Assembly (NCBI GenBank): GCA_964016885.1
Contig: OZ024757.1
Location: forward strand, 124,001 to 188,000
DNA: 64,000 nucleotides
Direction of reading: 5' to 3'
Origin: Eledone cirrhosa
Lineage: Eukaryota
Shown: positions 24,041-39,755 of the stretch, piece by piece
How the letters are laid out: every line of letters starts with the position of its first letter
Position numbering within the stretch: the first letter of the stretch is position 1
Notes under the pieces: model-generated
Databases searched by the model: none
What the model was told of the DNA's origin: nothing
Seen by the model: the letters and a program-made list of their open reading frames with translations, nothing else
Position numbers and translations under genes: made by a program

Positions 24041-27000
24041 TAGTGACATTGGGGTGAAGACAATAGCTACTAGGGTGAGATAGTGACATTGGAGTGGAGA
24101 CAGAAGCTACTAAGGTGAGATAGTGACATTGGGGTGAAGACAATAGCTACTAAGGTGAGATGGTGACATTGGGTTGAAGACAATAGCTACTAGGGTGAGA
24201 TAGTGATATTGGGGTGAATACAATAGCTACAAGGGTGAGATAGTGACATTGGAGTGGAGACAGAAGCTACTAAGGTGAGATAGTGACATTGGGGTGAAGA
24301 CAATAGCTACTAGGGTGAGATGGTGACATTGGGGTGAAGACAATAGCTACTAGGGTGAGATGGTGACATTGGAGTGGAGACAGAAGCTACTAAGGTGAGA
24401 TAGTGACATTGGGGTGAAGACAATAGCTACTAGGGTGAGATGGTGACATTGGGGTGAAGACAATAGCTACTAGGGTGAGATGGTGACATTGGGGTGAAGA
24501 CAATAGCTACTAGGGTGAGATGGTGACATTGGAGTGGAGACAGAAGCTACTAAGGTGAGATAGTGACATTGGGGTGAAGACAATAGCTACTAGGGTGAGA
24601 TGGTGACATTGGGGTGAAGACAATAGCTACTAGGGTGAGATAGTGACAGTAGCTACTAGGGTGAGATAGTGACATTGTAGTGGAGACAGAAGCTACTAAG
24701 GTGAGATAGTGACATTGGGGTGAAGACAATAGCTACTAGGGTGAGCTAGTGACATTGGGGTGAAGACAGAAGCTAATAAGGTGAGATAGTGACATTGGGG
24801 TGAAAACAATAGCTACTAGGGTGAGATAGTGACATTGGGTTGACAACAATAGCTACTAGGGTGAGATAGTGACATTGGGGTGAAGACAAATGCTACAATG
24901 GTGCGATAGGGACATTGGGGTGAAAACAATAGCTACTAGGGTGAGATAGTGACATTGGGATGAAGACAGTAGCTACTAGGGTGAGATAGTGACATTGGAG
25001 TGGAGACAGAAGCTACTAAGGTGAGATAGTGATATTGGGGTGAAGATAATAGCTACTAGGGTGAGATAGTGACATTGGGGTGAAGACAGAAGCTACTAAG
25101 GTGAGATAGTGACATTGGGGTGAAGACAGTAGCTACTAGGGTGAGATAGTGACATTGGGGTGAAGACAATAGCTACTAGGCTGAGATAGTGACATTGGGG
25201 TGAAGACAGTAGCTACTAGGGTGGGATAGTGACATTGGGGTGAAGACAATAGCTACTAGGGTGAGATAGTGAACTTAGGGTGAAGACAGTAGCTACTAGG
25301 GTGAGATAGTGACATTGGGGTGAAGACAGTAACTACTAGGGTGAGATAGTGACATTGGGGTGAAAACAATAGCTACTAGGGTGAAATAGTGACATTGGGG
25401 TGAAAACAATAGCTACTAGGGTGAGATAGTGACATTGGGTTGACAACAATAGCTACTAGGGTGAGATAGTGACGTTGGGTGAAGACAAATGCTACTATTG
25501 TGCGATAGTGACATTGGGGTGAAAACAATAGCTACTAGGGTGAGAGTGACATTGGGATGAAGACAGTAGCTACTAGGGTCAGATAGTGGCATTGGAGTGG
25601 AGACAGAAGCTACTAAGGTGAGATAGTGACATTGGGGTGAAGACAATAGCTACTAGGGTGAGATGGTGACATTGGGGTGAAGACAGTAGCTACTAAGGTG
25701 AGATAGTGACATTGGGGTGAAAACAATAGCTACTAGGGTGAGATAGTGATATTGGGATGAAGGCAGTAGCTACTAGGGTCAGATAGTGGCATTGGAGTGG
25801 AGACAGAAGCTACTAAGGTGAGATAGTGACATTGGGGTGAAGACAATAGCTACTAGGGTGAGATGGTGACATTGGGGTGAAGACAGTAGCTACTAGGGTG
25901 AGATAGTGACATTGGGGTGAAGACAGTACCTACTAGGGTGAGATAGTGACATTAGGGTGGAGTCAGTAGATACTAGGGTGAGATAATGACATTCGGGTGA
26001 AAACAGTAGCTACTAGGGTGAGATAGTGACATTAGGGTGGAGACAATAGCTACTAAGGTGAGATAGTGACATTGGGGTGAAGACAGTAGCTACTAGGGTG
26101 AGATAGTGACATTAGGGTGAAGACACTAGCTACAAGGGTGAGATAGTGACATTGGGGTAAAGAGAGTAGCTACTAGGGTGAGATAGTGACATTAGGGTGA
26201 CGACAGTAGCTACTAGGGTGAGATAGTGACATTAGGGTGAAGACACTAGCTACTAGGGTGAGATAGTGACATTGGGGTAAAGAGAATAGCTACTAGGGTG
26301 AGATAGTGACATTGGAGTGAAGACAGTAGCTACTAGGGTGAGATAGTGACATTGGGGTGAAGACAGTAGCTACTAGGGTGAGATAGTGACATTGGTGTGA
26401 AGACAGTAGCTACTAGGGTGAGATAGTGACATCGGGGTGAAGACAGTAGCTACTAGGGTGAGATAGTGACATTGGGGTGGAGACAGTAGCTACTAGGGTG
26501 AGATAGTGACATTGGGGTGAAGACAATATCTACTAGGGTGAGATAGTGACATTGGTATGAAGACAGTAGCTACTAGGGTGCGATAGTGACATTAGGGTGG
26601 AGACAGTAGCTAGTAGGGTGAGATAGTGACATTGGAGTGAAGACAGTAGCTACTAGGGTGCGATAGTGACATTGGGGTGAAGACAGTAGCTAATAGGGTG
26701 AGATAGTGACATTAGAGTGAAGACAGTAGTTACTAGGGTGAGAGCACTAGCTACTAGGGTGAGATAGTGACATTGGGGTAAAGAGAATAGCTACTAGGGT
26801 GAGATAGTGACATTGGAGTGAAGACAGTAGCTACTAGGGTGAGATAGTGACATTGGGGTGAAGACAGTAGCTACTAGGGTGAGATAGTGACATTGGGGTG
26901 GAGACAATAGTTACTAGGGTGAGATAGTGACATTAGGGTACAGACACTTGCTACTATGGTGAGATAGTGACATTGGGTGAAGACAATAGCTACTAGGGTG

Positions 27001-27364
27001 AGATAGTGACATTGGTGTGAAGACATTAGCTACTAGGGTGAGATAGTGACATTGGGGTGAAGACAGTAGCTACTAGTGTGAGATAGTGACATTAGGGTGA
27101 AGACAGTAGCTACTAGGGTGAGATAGTGACATTGGGGTAAAGAGAGTAGCTACTAGGGTGAGATAGTGACATTAGGGTGAAGACAGAGGCTACTGAGTGA
27201 GATAGTGACATTGGGGTGAAGACAGAGGCTACTGGGTGAGATAATGACATTGGGGTGGAGACAGTAGCTATTAGGGTGAGATAGTGACATTGGGGTGAAG
27301 ACAGAGGCTACTAGGGTGAGATAGTGACATTAGGGTGAAGACTGTAGCTACTAGGGTAAGATAG
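24041..27364. repeat. 40-bp satellite array 2, complete, ~83 monomers
   Basis: Same monomer as array 1; both ends visible. Confidence 0.97.
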
Positions 27365-28760
27365 AGAGGGGATCTAAGGACGGGGTGTCAGTAGAAAGGA
27401 AATGAATACATATGGAGCCATGGGGGGTGTAGAGAGTGCAGCAGCCAGTGTGAAGGGTATAAAGGGAAGAGAGTAACAACCAGGGCATGATAATGGGGGT
27501 ATCTCAGAGCTTTTAAGGGGGCAGCAGCTGAGGACTCTAGGTGTGTAATGATGATGAAGATAGATGTTAGGGCGTGTTAGTGGAAGATGTGAAGGGGACA
27601 TGAGAAGTTAGGCCACATTCAATGTTGTTAATGAGGTCTTCATTTGCACAACATAGTACCAGCAGTTATGGGCTTTTATCATTTCTGTTGTGAGCTTTAG
27701 TTTTATAAGGTCAGTCTTCACAGCCTCATACCATGTCTTCCTGGGTCTACCTCTTCCAAGGGTCCTAGCTACTGGGGTTTCTCTGTATTTCTTTATCCAC
27801 CTTCTATTTGCCATACCAACACAGTCTTCTCTCTTGCACACTCTATCCAATTCCTCTCATGCTATTTCACTCATGCACACTAACATTACATACATCATAT
27901 GCTTGCTTAGTTTACTTTTAGTCCTTTCACCTCTTGGTTTTTCTTGCATGCTTGAAATTTCGTCCTAACTTTCCTACAGATTCAGCTATGAGTACTACAT
28001 CATCAGCACATAGGACGTCCCAGGGATTGCCAATGTTAAACTGCTTTATGATGGCCTGAAGGATAATGATAAACAAGATTGGGCTGAGGACTGAACTCTG
28101 ATGGACTCCTACCTGTACATTTCCACACTAAACTCAGAACCAAACACACTTTACTAACAGTTTCTCTGCACATAGCTTGCACTTCTCTTACAAGGCATTC
28201 TCCTACACCTAGTTTCCTTAAGGACCACAATATGACAGATACAGATACTCTGTCAAAGGACTTCTCCACATGAACAATATTTAGATACAGAGGCTTATTC
28301 TTAGCTAGTAACTTCTCTTGTAGTTTTGTCATTAAGAAAAGAGTATATCTGTAGTACTTCTCCCTGGCATAAAATCTAACAACATCTCATCTAATTTGAT
28401 TCTTTCCCTAAGTAGTTGTATTAAAACTCTTTCTCACATTTCCATTACTTGTTCCATTAGTTTCATGCCTGAGTAGTTGCTCCTTTCTAGTACCTCACCT
28501 TTTCCTTTATAGCATTATATTAGTATACTACTATGTCAGTTATTGGTTATGGCCCCATCCTATAGTATCTGATTGAGTATGTAGGTGACTAGTTTGACAT
28601 CTATTTCCCCAGAATCTTTCAACATCTCAGTTATTTCTAATGGAACAGCAGCTTTACCATTTTTATTCCCCTTGATTGCTTCTTTGACCCTATAACTATC
28701 TATTTCAATAGCTGGTCCCTCTTTGGGGTTAGTTGGAGGTAGTCTCTCTTTTCAGTTATT
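27365..28760 (-). mobile_element. Degenerate RTE-clade LINE fragment with a longer 3' end than in unit 1
   Basis: ORFs 27608..27850 (GRGRPRKTW) and 28036..28332; paralogous to 3404..4460. Confidence 0.88.
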
Positions 28761-29039
28761 TACCATTTTACAGGGTTAACTGTGTGTGAATCCTTCTATT
28801 CATTTGGGAACATATTCAACTTTGATAATAAATTGACTAAATTAGTAAATTCTATACCATACAGTAGTTTCAACACAAGTCTTGGTTAGATCTTCTACAA
28901 ATAAACTGAGAGGAGGGTAATTTTTTAGTAAACCAGTTTTATTATGAACATTTACAACATAGGTGGCACAATCCTGGGTGACTGGTGTGGTTTTTATCTT
29001 GTCTTATTGTGTTTGTGTTTCATTAAACAACTTTTACAA

Positions 29040-29757
<718 letters not shown>

Positions 29758-31893
29758 CTAATTTCCTTTCTGAGAGAATGATTTACCACAGATATCACAG
29801 TGGTATGGTTTCTCTCCAGTATGAATACATTGGTGATTTGTTAAGGAAGTAGAATGAGAGAATGATTTACCATAGATATTACAGTGCCATGGCTTTTGTC
29901 CTGTCTGAATATATTTGTGAGTAGTTAAGCAAGTAGATAGAGAGAATGATTTCTCTCCTATATGGATGAGATTGTGTGTTGTCAAATGTCCTTCCAGAGA
30001 GAATGATTTACCACAGACATCACAGTGATATGGTTTCTCTCCTGTATGAATACGTTTGTGATTTGTCAAGACATTATTTTGAGAGAATGATTTACCACAG
30101 ATATCACAGTGATAGGGCTTCTCTCCTGTATGGATGAGATTGTGTGTTGCTAAGTGTCCTTTCAGAGAGAATGATTTACCACAGATATCACAGTGGTATG
30201 GTTTCTCTCCTGTATGAGTAAGATTGTGTGTTAATAAGCTTCCTTTCTGTGAAAATGACTTACCACAGATATTACAATGGTATGGCTTCTCTCCTGTATG
30301 AGTAAGATTGTGTGTTAATAAGTTTCCTTTCTGTGAAAATGACTTACCACAGATATTACAGTGATATGGCTTCTCTACTGTATGAATAGATTTGTGATTT
30401 GTTAAGACATTATTTTGAGAGAATGATTTACCACAGATATCACAGTGATAGGGCTTCTCTCCTGTATGAATACGTTTGTGATTTGTTAAGACATTATTTT
30501 GAGAGAATGATTTACCACAGATATCACAGTGATAGGGCTTCTCTCCTGTATGGATGAGATTGTGTGTTGCTAAGTGTCCTTTCTGAGAGAATGATTTACC
30601 ACAGATATCACAATGGTATGGTTTCTCTCCTGTATGAATACGTTTGTGATTTGTTAAGACATTAATTTGAGAGAATGATTTACCACAGATATCGCAGTGA
30701 TAGGGCTTCTCTCCTGTATGGATGAGATTGTGTGTTGCTAAGTGTCCTTTCAGAGAGAATGATTTACCACAGATATCACAGTGGTATGGTTTCTCTCCTG
30801 TATGAATACGTTTGTGATTTGTTAAGACATTATTTTGAGAGAATGATTTACCACAGATATCACAGTGATAGGGCTTCTCTCCTGTATGGACGAGATTGTG
30901 TGTTGCTAAGTGTCCTTTCTGTGAAAATGATTTACCACAGATATCACAGTGGTATGGTTTCTCTCCTGTATGAGTAAGATTGTGTGTTAATAAGCTTCCT
31001 TTCTGTGAAAATGACTTACCACAGATATTACAATGGTATGGCTTCTCTCCTGTATGAGTAAGATTGTGTGTTAATAAGTTTCCTTTCTGTGAAAATGACT
31101 TACCACAGATATTACAGTGATATGGCTTCTCTTCTGTATGAATAGATTTGTGATTTATTGACACATTATTTTGAGAGAATGATTTACCACAGATATCACA
31201 GTGGTATGGTTTCTCTCCTGTATGAATACGTTTTTGATTTGTTAAGTCATTATTTTGAGACAATGATTTACCACAGATATCACAGTAGTATGGTTTCTCT
31301 CCTGTATGAGTAAGATTGTGTGTTAATAAGCTTCCTTTCTGTGAAAATGACTTACCACAGATATTACAATGGTATGGCTTCTCTCCTGTATGGATGAGAT
31401 TGTGTGTTAATAAGCTTCCTTTCTGAGAGAATGATTTACCACAGATATCACAATGGTATGGCTTCTCTCCTGTATGAATACGTTTGTGATTTGTTAAGAC
31501 ATTATTTTGAGAGAATGATTTACCACAGATATTACAATGGTATGGTTTTTCTCCTGTATGGATGAGATTGTGTATTGTTAAGTGTCCTTTCAGAGAGAAT
31601 GACTTACCACAGATATTGCAGCGGTATGGTTTCTCTCCTGTATGAATACGTTTGTGATTTGTCAAGACATTATTATGAGAGAATGATTTACCACAGATAT
31701 CACAGTGGTATGGTTTCTCTCCTGTATGGATGAGATTGTGTCTTGTTAAGTGTTCTTTCTGAGAGAATGATTTACCACAGATATCACAATGGTATGACTT
31801 CTCTCCTCTATTCTTTGTTATCTCATTAGGAATACTAATACCTTTAGGCAGTGTTTCACATTTAACCTTCTTCTCACCCAACTTATTTTCCAT
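29758..31893 (-). CDS. Poly-C2H2 zinc-finger protein with 22 finger repeats (one His>Gln) plus 3 degenerate or partial C-terminal fingers
   Basis: ORF 29758..31914 starts at TTG; first ATG at 31893. The N-terminal leader is identical to gene 1. Confidence 0.93.
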   Translation of the reverse strand: MENKLGEKKVKCETLPKGISIPNEITKNRGEKSYHCDICGKSFSQKEHLTRHNLIHTGEKPYHCDICGKSFSHNNVLTNHKRIHTGEKPYRCNICGKSFSLKGHLTIHNLIHTGEKPYHCNICGKSFSQNNVLTNHKRIHTGEKPYHCDICGKSFSQKGSLLTHNLIHTGEKPYHCNICGKSFSQKGSLLTHNLTHTGEKPYYCDICGKSLSQNNDLTNQKRIHTGEKPYHCDICGKSFSQNNVSINHKSIHTEEKPYHCNICGKSFSQKGNLLTHNLTHTGEKPYHCNICGKSFSQKGSLLTHNLTHTGEKPYHCDICGKSFSQKGHLATHNLVHTGEKPYHCDICGKSFSQNNVLTNHKRIHTGEKPYHCDICGKSFSLKGHLATHNLIHTGEKPYHCDICGKSFSQINVLTNHKRIHTGEKPYHCDICGKSFSQKGHLATHNLIHTGEKPYHCDICGKSFSQNNVLTNHKRIHTGEKPYHCDICGKSFSQNNVLTNHKSIHTVEKPYHCNICGKSFSQKGNLLTHNLTHTGEKPYHCNICGKSFSQKGSLLTHNLTHTGEKPYHCDICGKSFSLKGHLATHNLIHTGEKPYHCDICGKSFSQNNVLTNHKRIHTGEKPYHCDVCGKSFSLEGHLTTHNLIHIGEKSFSLSTCLTTHKYIQTGQKPWHCNIYGKSFSHSTSLTNHQCIHTGEKPYHCDICGKSFSQKGN

Positions 31894-32404
31894 AATGTCT
31901 CTTCTTCTCACCAAAGTATATAGACGTTTTTCTTGCGTTATATTTATATTATATTTCTAGAAATATTGTCTGATTCTATATTTCTATCAACGTTGATCTC
32001 AGTTAATATCTGAAGATTATGAAAACTTCTTTGTCATCCAAGTTTAATTAAAATACAAAATCTTCATTCGAGATAGTGAAGAAACGAACATTTGCCAATA
32101 AACTCACTTCTGATGAAATATTTTACAGTAAGTCAGTCATAGATTTATATAAACAGTGTTATATCAGTTCTGTATAAAACACTTTAGTCTTTGATGATAA
32201 ATGTTGATGTATCCAAGGTTTAAAAATTTATCCCAATGTCATCTGGTATTCTGAAATAAGAAAGAAACAGTATGAGATAATAGAGAATACTTAAAAACTA
32301 GAGATAGATTTATTAGTGAAAATTTTAGACTTTTATATCAATAATCTCTAGATATAGACCTTTAATTGAAAAATCAACTTACTTTAGTTTTTAATTTGTT
32401 ATCA

Positions 32405-34535
32405 ATATTACATCATACAACCTTGTATGATATCTATATATACAGACATATATACATATGTCAATGTTACATCGTACAACCTTGTGTAATGTCTATATAT
32501 ACAGACATATATATATATATTACATTATATAACCTTGTGTAATGTCTATATATATAGACAAAAATATATATATGTTACATTATACAACCTTGTGTGATGT
32601 CTATATATACAGACATATATATACATATGTCAATATTACATTATACAACCTTGTGTGATGTCTATATATATATACAGACATATATATATTGCATTATACA
32701 ACCTTGTGTAATGTCTATATATATATATATACAGACATATATATATTACATTATACAACCTTGTGTAATGTCTATATCATCATTCATCATCATTTCACTT
32801 TACGTCCGCTTTTTCCCTGCTTGCAAGGGTGGGACAGGAAATGATTCTGGCTTGATTTCTACAGATGGATGCCCTTCCTAACACCAACCTCATTTACAGT
32901 GAGTGCTGGGTGCTTTTTTGCCGTGGCACCTCCACGACCACTTTGCAGTGGAATGATATGGACCCCAGTCCCTATCATCTCATTTCTACAGCTGAGTAAA
33001 CTGGAGTAATGTGAAATAAAGTGTCTTGCTCAAGGACACAACACATCACCTGGTCTGAGAATTGAACTCACAACCTTTCAATTGCAAGGCCAATGCTCTA
33101 ACCACTAAGCCATGTGCCTCCATGTATATATATATATATATCTCTCTCGTTCACGATTTCAACGAATTTAAATTCATAGAAATTTGGGACTTGACTCCTT
33201 CTTCCTCACTTTTCGTTGCTTCACCATTTTTGTTTGTTTACACTCGTGTTCCCTTTATTTACGTGTCCCAACGACTTTTTTTAGCCGTTGCTCACACCAA
33301 CCGGAGGTATATGGTCTTTAAAGCGATGAAATACCAATGATGGTTGGAAGATCATTGATGAAGGACTAACTTTATTTATATGTAACCCATTAGCAACCCA
33401 GCAGCACGTTTTTCTCATATTTACACATATTATTTTCCCCGCTGTTACACGTCTATTTCGTTCTTACTGCTTCCTCTTTCTCTGTATCTTTACCCTCTCT
33501 AGCAGTCACTCTCTCTGTTAGCCTCTTCCTCATCCTTCACTCACTCATTCTCTGTTACTACCTCTCTGCTGCCTCCTTCTTCCCGTTTGACCTGTGCGTA
33601 ATTCTTTTCTTTCGCATCCTTGGTCTGGCAGGTCGCTTTTTTTCTCTCTCTCGTCAATGATTTCACAGAACTTACGTTCACCGAAATCACAGACTAGATC
33701 CCTTCTTCCTCCCGTTAGACCTGTACGGAATTCCTTCCTTGCTTACATTCCAACCAGGTTTGATGGTCTTTATTCTCTCTCGTTCACGATTTCACTGAAT
33801 TTAAAGTCATAGAAATTTGGGACTTGACTCCTTCTTCCTCACTTTTCGTTGCTTCACCATTTTTGTTTGTTTACACCCGTGTTCCCTTTATTTACGTGTC
33901 TCAGCGACTTTTTTTAGCGATTGCTCGCACCAACCGCAGGTATATGGTCTTTAAAGCGATGAAATACCAATGATGGTTGGAAGATCACTGATGAAGGACT
34001 AACTTTATTCATATGTAACCCATTAGCAACCCAGCAGCACGTTTTTCTCATATTTACATATATATATATATATACATATGTCAATATTACATTATACAAC
34101 CTTGTGTAATGTCTATATATAGACATATATATACACATGTTACATTATACAACCTTGTGTAATGTCTATATATATATAGACATATATATATATATGTTAC
34201 ATTGTACAACCTTGTGTAATGTCTATATATATATAGACATATATATATATATGTTACATTGGACAACCTTGTGTAATGTCTATATATATACAGACATATA
34301 TATACACATGTTATATTATACAACCTTGTGTAATGTCTATATATATATAGACATATATATATATATGTTACATTGGACAACCTTGTGTAATGTCTATATA
34401 TAGACATATATATACATATGTTACATTATACAACCTTGTGTAATGTCTATATATATATAGACATATATATATATATGTTACATTATACAACCTTGTGTAA
34501 TGTCTATATATAGACATATATACATTTGTCAATGT
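32405..34535. repeat. Unit-2 copy of the TA-minisatellite / SINE (32777..33122, minus) / direct-repeat element (33142..34058) / minisatellite cluster
   Basis: Colinear with 7676..10045. Confidence 0.88.
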
Positions 34536-34706
34536 CTGTCAGTCTGGTGCATTGCTCCAGCCACAAATCTCATCAGTAGTTCACAATAGGCTTTCAATAA
34601 TATATATATATACATATATATATGGAACTAGCTGTTCCAATGGCAAGCTGTCAGCTCAGTTGTCATGCTCTATTATCTCAAGTATTGAGTACTCTGTAGA
34701 ATAATG

Positions 34707-34756
<50 letters not shown>

Positions 34757-35214
34757 AACCTGTCGAGAGTTATGAATCAGAATTTGTCGAATCTTACTGT
34801 TGCCGAATTGTTGTTTTGAGAAATGTAATGTATTTCACCTCATTTCCTTGTCTCTCCATCTTTCTTGGTCTAATTTACCTATCAGTATTTATATTGTCCC
34901 TTTAACTTTTCATAATGATGGTCAAATTTGTAGGTCCTTTATAAAAATAATCTTCTCGTTAACTCCCCCCACGCCACCATTACTATTTGGTCCAATCATA
35001 ATTCAGTGGCTTATAATTATGTTTCTCTTACCAATCTCTTCCACAAAACCACTGCCTCGGCTATCACTCCTTAAGTTTAGACTTGGTTGCTTTTGATATG
35101 CTAGATGGACTATAGAATTTGGAGAGTTTGTAGAATCTTGACACTCAATGACAATGTCAAAGATAAAGATAAATGTTGCCAGACGAGAATGCAAGGACTC
35201 CTCTCTATTTCAGA

Positions 35215-38200
35215 CACGGATGGCTGAACATAACCTCATGTCCCTCACCCCTCCCTGCACCACCAACCCGTCCCTTCCACCTCAACGAGGTTGTAGAGAT
35301 GCTTCAACATGAGGAAGGTGATGTGTGTTGTGTCCAATAGACCAGGTGGAGGGGTGGGTCTGCTAGATTTATTGTGGGTAAAATATGATGCTATAAACTT
35401 TTCTGGGTGTGAAATTACAAAGGGCTGGGTGGAGTAGAAATTATGTTAGCTGAAAAATGGGTAGATAAGGTAATTGACGTAAATAGAGTGAATGACAGAA
35501 TAATTAAAATAAGACTTGTCCTAAATAGAACTACCTGGCATTATAAAAGATTCAATGAGTCGCTAATGCTCACTACCTCCCAAATAAACGACAGTGATTA
35601 CATAATTATTGCTGGCGACTTAAATAGTCATGTTGGACAACATTGTGACGGCTATGACAGAATCCATGGTGGCTATGGGTTTGGTACTAGAAATGAGGAA
35701 GGCTTCAGAATCCTGGAATTCTGTAAAGAAAACTTCAAAAAAGAAGACAATCACTTGATCACCTATAGATCAGGGGAACACGTCAGTCAGATAGATTATA
35801 TCCTTACCAGAAGACGTGACAGAGTGTCTATTGTAAAAACTAAATCCCTCCCCCGTGAAGAATGCACCTCCCAACATAGCCTCATAGTTAGTGACCTCAT
35901 AGTCAGGACTAGACATACTCAACAATAAAAGAATACCTTGAGGAGAAGAATATGGAAGTTGAAGGACCCCTCAGCCAGTAACAAATTTAAAAGCATATTA
36001 CTTGATGCTTTTGACAGTAAGGAAGAGCAATTAGAGATATACAATATAGAGGAATAGGGGGAATTCCTGAAAGTTAACCTGCTGAAGGCAAAAGATGAGA
36101 TCAGTGGCTGGAGTAGACCTATAGGCAGGAAGAGAGTAACGTGGTGGTGGAACAGTAAGGTAGAGGAGTCAATCAAGGCCAAAAAGCAGACTTGGAAAGT
36201 ATGGCGAGATGGGGGAAGTAGAGAACACTATCAAGTGGCCAGGAGAGAAGCTAGGAAACACATATAGTTTGCAAGAAGGGAAGCAGAGGAAAGAAAGTTC
36301 AAGCATGTTCTACAACGCGAGGACCAAAAATGTGAGGTGTTCAGGATTGCTAGGCAATGTGTCAAGGAAAACCGTGATATTGTCGGGGAGAAGTGTGAGC
36401 GTAATGATGATGGTGTACTTGCCATCACTGATGCTGATAAGAAAGTAGCTTGGAAGTGTCACTACGAGAGACTACTAAATGAGGAGAATAAATGTAAAAA
36501 AGATAGTCTGCCCCAAATTGATCCAATAGAGGGACCAGCAGTGCAAGTTAAAGGTAGTATAATAAGGCAATCAAAGATATGAAGACAAGCAAGGCAGCTG
36601 GGCCTTCAGGGATAGTTGCTGAAATGCTCAAAGCATCTGGAATGGTGGGACACACTATGGTCATCCGGATAGTAAACCAAGTCATACAGAATGGGATCAT
36701 ACCAAATGACTGGCGTAGCAGCATCATCATTAACTGCTACAAGGGTAAAGGAGATGCCCTAGATAGGGGAAACTATAGAGGCATTAAATTAGTTGACCAG
36801 GTCATGAAGGTCACAGAAAGAGTTATAGCACAACTAAGCAGAGAGCGAATTGATCTAGATGAAATGCAGTTTGGGTTTGTGTTAGGTAAAAGTACCACAG
36901 ATGCTCTTTTCCTTGTACAACTACAAAAGTTACCTAGCTAAAAGTAAACCCCTATACTTAGCTTTTGTTGACTTGGAGAAAGCCTTTAACAGAGTCCCCC
37001 GCTCCATTATCTGGTGGGCTCTTAGAAAACTAGGTGTTGATGAATGACTTGTGAGAGCTATACAAGCCATGTATAAAGAAACAGTCAGCAAGGTTAGAAT
37101 TAATGAATATAGTGAAGAATTTAGCATAAAAGTTGGTGTTCATTAAGGCTCAGTCTTTAGCCCCCTCCTATTTATTATTGCCGTTCAGGCTATAACAGAG
37201 GAGTTCAAGACTGGCTGCCAATGGGAACTTCTATATGCAGATGATCTAACTCTCATAGCAGAATCGATGGGTGAACTAGAGAAGAAATTCCAAACATGGA
37301 AGCATGGCCTAGAATCAAAAGGCCTTAAAGTTAACTTGTCTAAGACTAAAGTTCTAGTATGTAGAAAGGAAAATAGGGCACAGGTTACCTCTGGGAAATG
37401 GCCATGCTCAAAATCAGCAGTGGTGGAGGGTGCTCTGAAAGTACAGTAGCCAGAGTCAGAACGGGATGGAAAAAGTTCAGAGAGCTTATACCACTATTGG
37501 CCACTAAAGGTTTCTCTCTAAAAATGAAAGGCAGATTGTATGATGCCTGCATACGAACAGCAATGTTACATGGCAGTGAGACATGGGCACTGTGTGCAGA
37601 GGACCTGCGCAGACTGGAGAGGAACGAAACATGCATGTTCCGTTGGATGTGTAATAGTAATATACGTGAACGACAAAGGATAAATGAACTAAGTGAGAAA
37701 TTAGGAATAAGAGGGATCAGATGCTGTTTACTCGAGAGAAGACTATGTTGGTATCGTCATGTGATATGCATGAAAAACGACAGCTGTATAAAAAAGTGCA
37801 GGGCGATCAGAATTGTAGGTAGACCCAGAAAAACCTGAGACGATTTGATAAATTCCGACCTTACAAATTTACACCTCTCTAAGACAATGTCACTGAACCG
37901 AGATCTTTGGCGCTACATAGTAATACAGAAGACCCGCCTTACCTATCTACAAAGCAAAACCTACAGTCAGTAGGCACCTCTTAACCAAATATACACTCCC
38001 ATTCCACTACCCCCCTTTTTCTATAAAGTTATGTCGGTACCACAACATACAGTCCAAATAAATGAGATAATGAGATTGAGATCATGTAAGTGTCACTACA
38101 AAAAAACACACAGTCCACACTGTAATGTGGCTGTGTAGGTAACACAGCAGAACCTCCCAGTCCACACAGTAAACGTTGTTGGTGTTAGGAAGGGCATCCA

Positions 38201-38314
38201 GCTGTAGAAAACCTGCCAGACCTTCCTATTGGACCGTGACACGTTGAGCTGACCAATCTTGCCTCAAGTGGGACAATTCCCGTCTAAACCCATGCTAGCG
38301 TGGAAGATAGATGA
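35215..38314 (+). mobile_element. Inactivated RTE-clade LINE, unit-2 copy
   Basis: APE (IIAGDLNSHVG, SQIDYIL), RT (LYADDL) and C-terminal MLHGSETW...GRPRKT. Retains ~240 bp that unit 1 lacks. Confidence 0.93.
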
Positions 38315-38659
38315 TTGAGATGATAGGTTTCTTATAAGCAGTTGATATACCGTAACCTCTTGAGAATAGGCTGGTCCTAGTGATCCAAAAGCACTTCACA
38401 TCAGTAGTTTATCCCAGGTAGGTGTTGGTAATTAGGAGAGACGGAGTAATGATTTATCAAATAAGAGTAGTTAAGATGGGATTAATTCACCATAATTGTT
38501 TATTGTATGATATATATTTCTGTGACATGGTTATTCATGTGACTTTATCAGATTCTTACACAATCATAGTTACAGTTATGTAATGATTGGGATATATAAG
38601 TGGCCATGTATAACTATCCTGTAGTAATGTCAGCTGGCATATGTATCATGAATAGTAGT

Positions 38660-39755
38660 AGTAGTGAAATAACAAGGAATGATATGAGAGGTTATTGACT
38701 ACTGGTAGTGATATAACAAGGAATGATATGACAGGCTATTGACTACTGGTAGTGATATAACAAGGAATGATATGACAGGTTATTGACTACTGGTAGTGAT
38801 ATAACAAGGAATGATATGACAGGTTATTGACTACTGGTAGTGATATAACAAGGAATGATATGACAGGTTATTGACTACTGGTAGTGATATAACAAGGTAT
38901 GATATGACAGGTTATTGACTACTGGTAGTGATATAACAGGCTATTGACTACTGGTAGTGATATAACAAGGAATGATATGACAGGTTATTGACTACTGGTA
39001 GTGATATAACAAGGAATGATATGACAGGCTATTGACTACTGGTAGTGATATAACAAGGAATGATATGACAGGTTATTGACTACTGGTAGTGATATAACAA
39101 GCTATTGACTACTGGTAGTGATATAACAAGGAATGATATGACACGGTTATTGACTACTGGTAGTGATATAACAAGGAATGATATGACAGGCTATTGACTA
39201 CTGGTAGTGATATAACAAGGAATGATATGACAGGTTATTGACTACTGGTAGTGATATAACAAGGAATGATATGACAGGTTATTGACTACTGGTAGTGATA
39301 TAACAAGGAATGATATGACAGGTTATTGACTACTGGTAGTGATATAACAAGGAATGATATGACAGGTTATTGACTACTGGTAGTGATATAACAAGGAATG
39401 ATATGACAGGTTATTGACTACTGGTAGTGATATAACAAGGAATGATATGACAGGTTATTGACTACTGGTAGTGATATAACAAGAAATGATATGACAGGTT
39501 ATTGACTACTGGTAGTGATATAACAAGGAATGATATGACAGGTTATTGCCTACTGGTAGTGATATAACAAGGAATGATATGACAGGTTATTGACTACTGG
39601 TAGTGCTATAACAAGGAATATGACAGGTTATTGACTATTGGTAGTAATATAACAAGGAATGATATGAGAGGTTATTGACTACTGGTAGTGATATAACAAG
39701 GAATGATATGACAGATTATTGACTACTGGTAGTGATATAACAAGGAATGATATGT
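38660..39755. repeat. 44-bp satellite, unit-2 copy, ~25 monomers
   Basis: Same monomer, with a few truncated units. Confidence 0.96.

Noticed and set aside
25416-25646. ORFs within the satellite (also 63527..63709)
   Set aside because: Chance loss of stops in a 40-bp repeat; no coding signal.
30732-30977. Antisense ORF inside the ZNF array
   Set aside because: Shadow frame of the 84-bp repeat.
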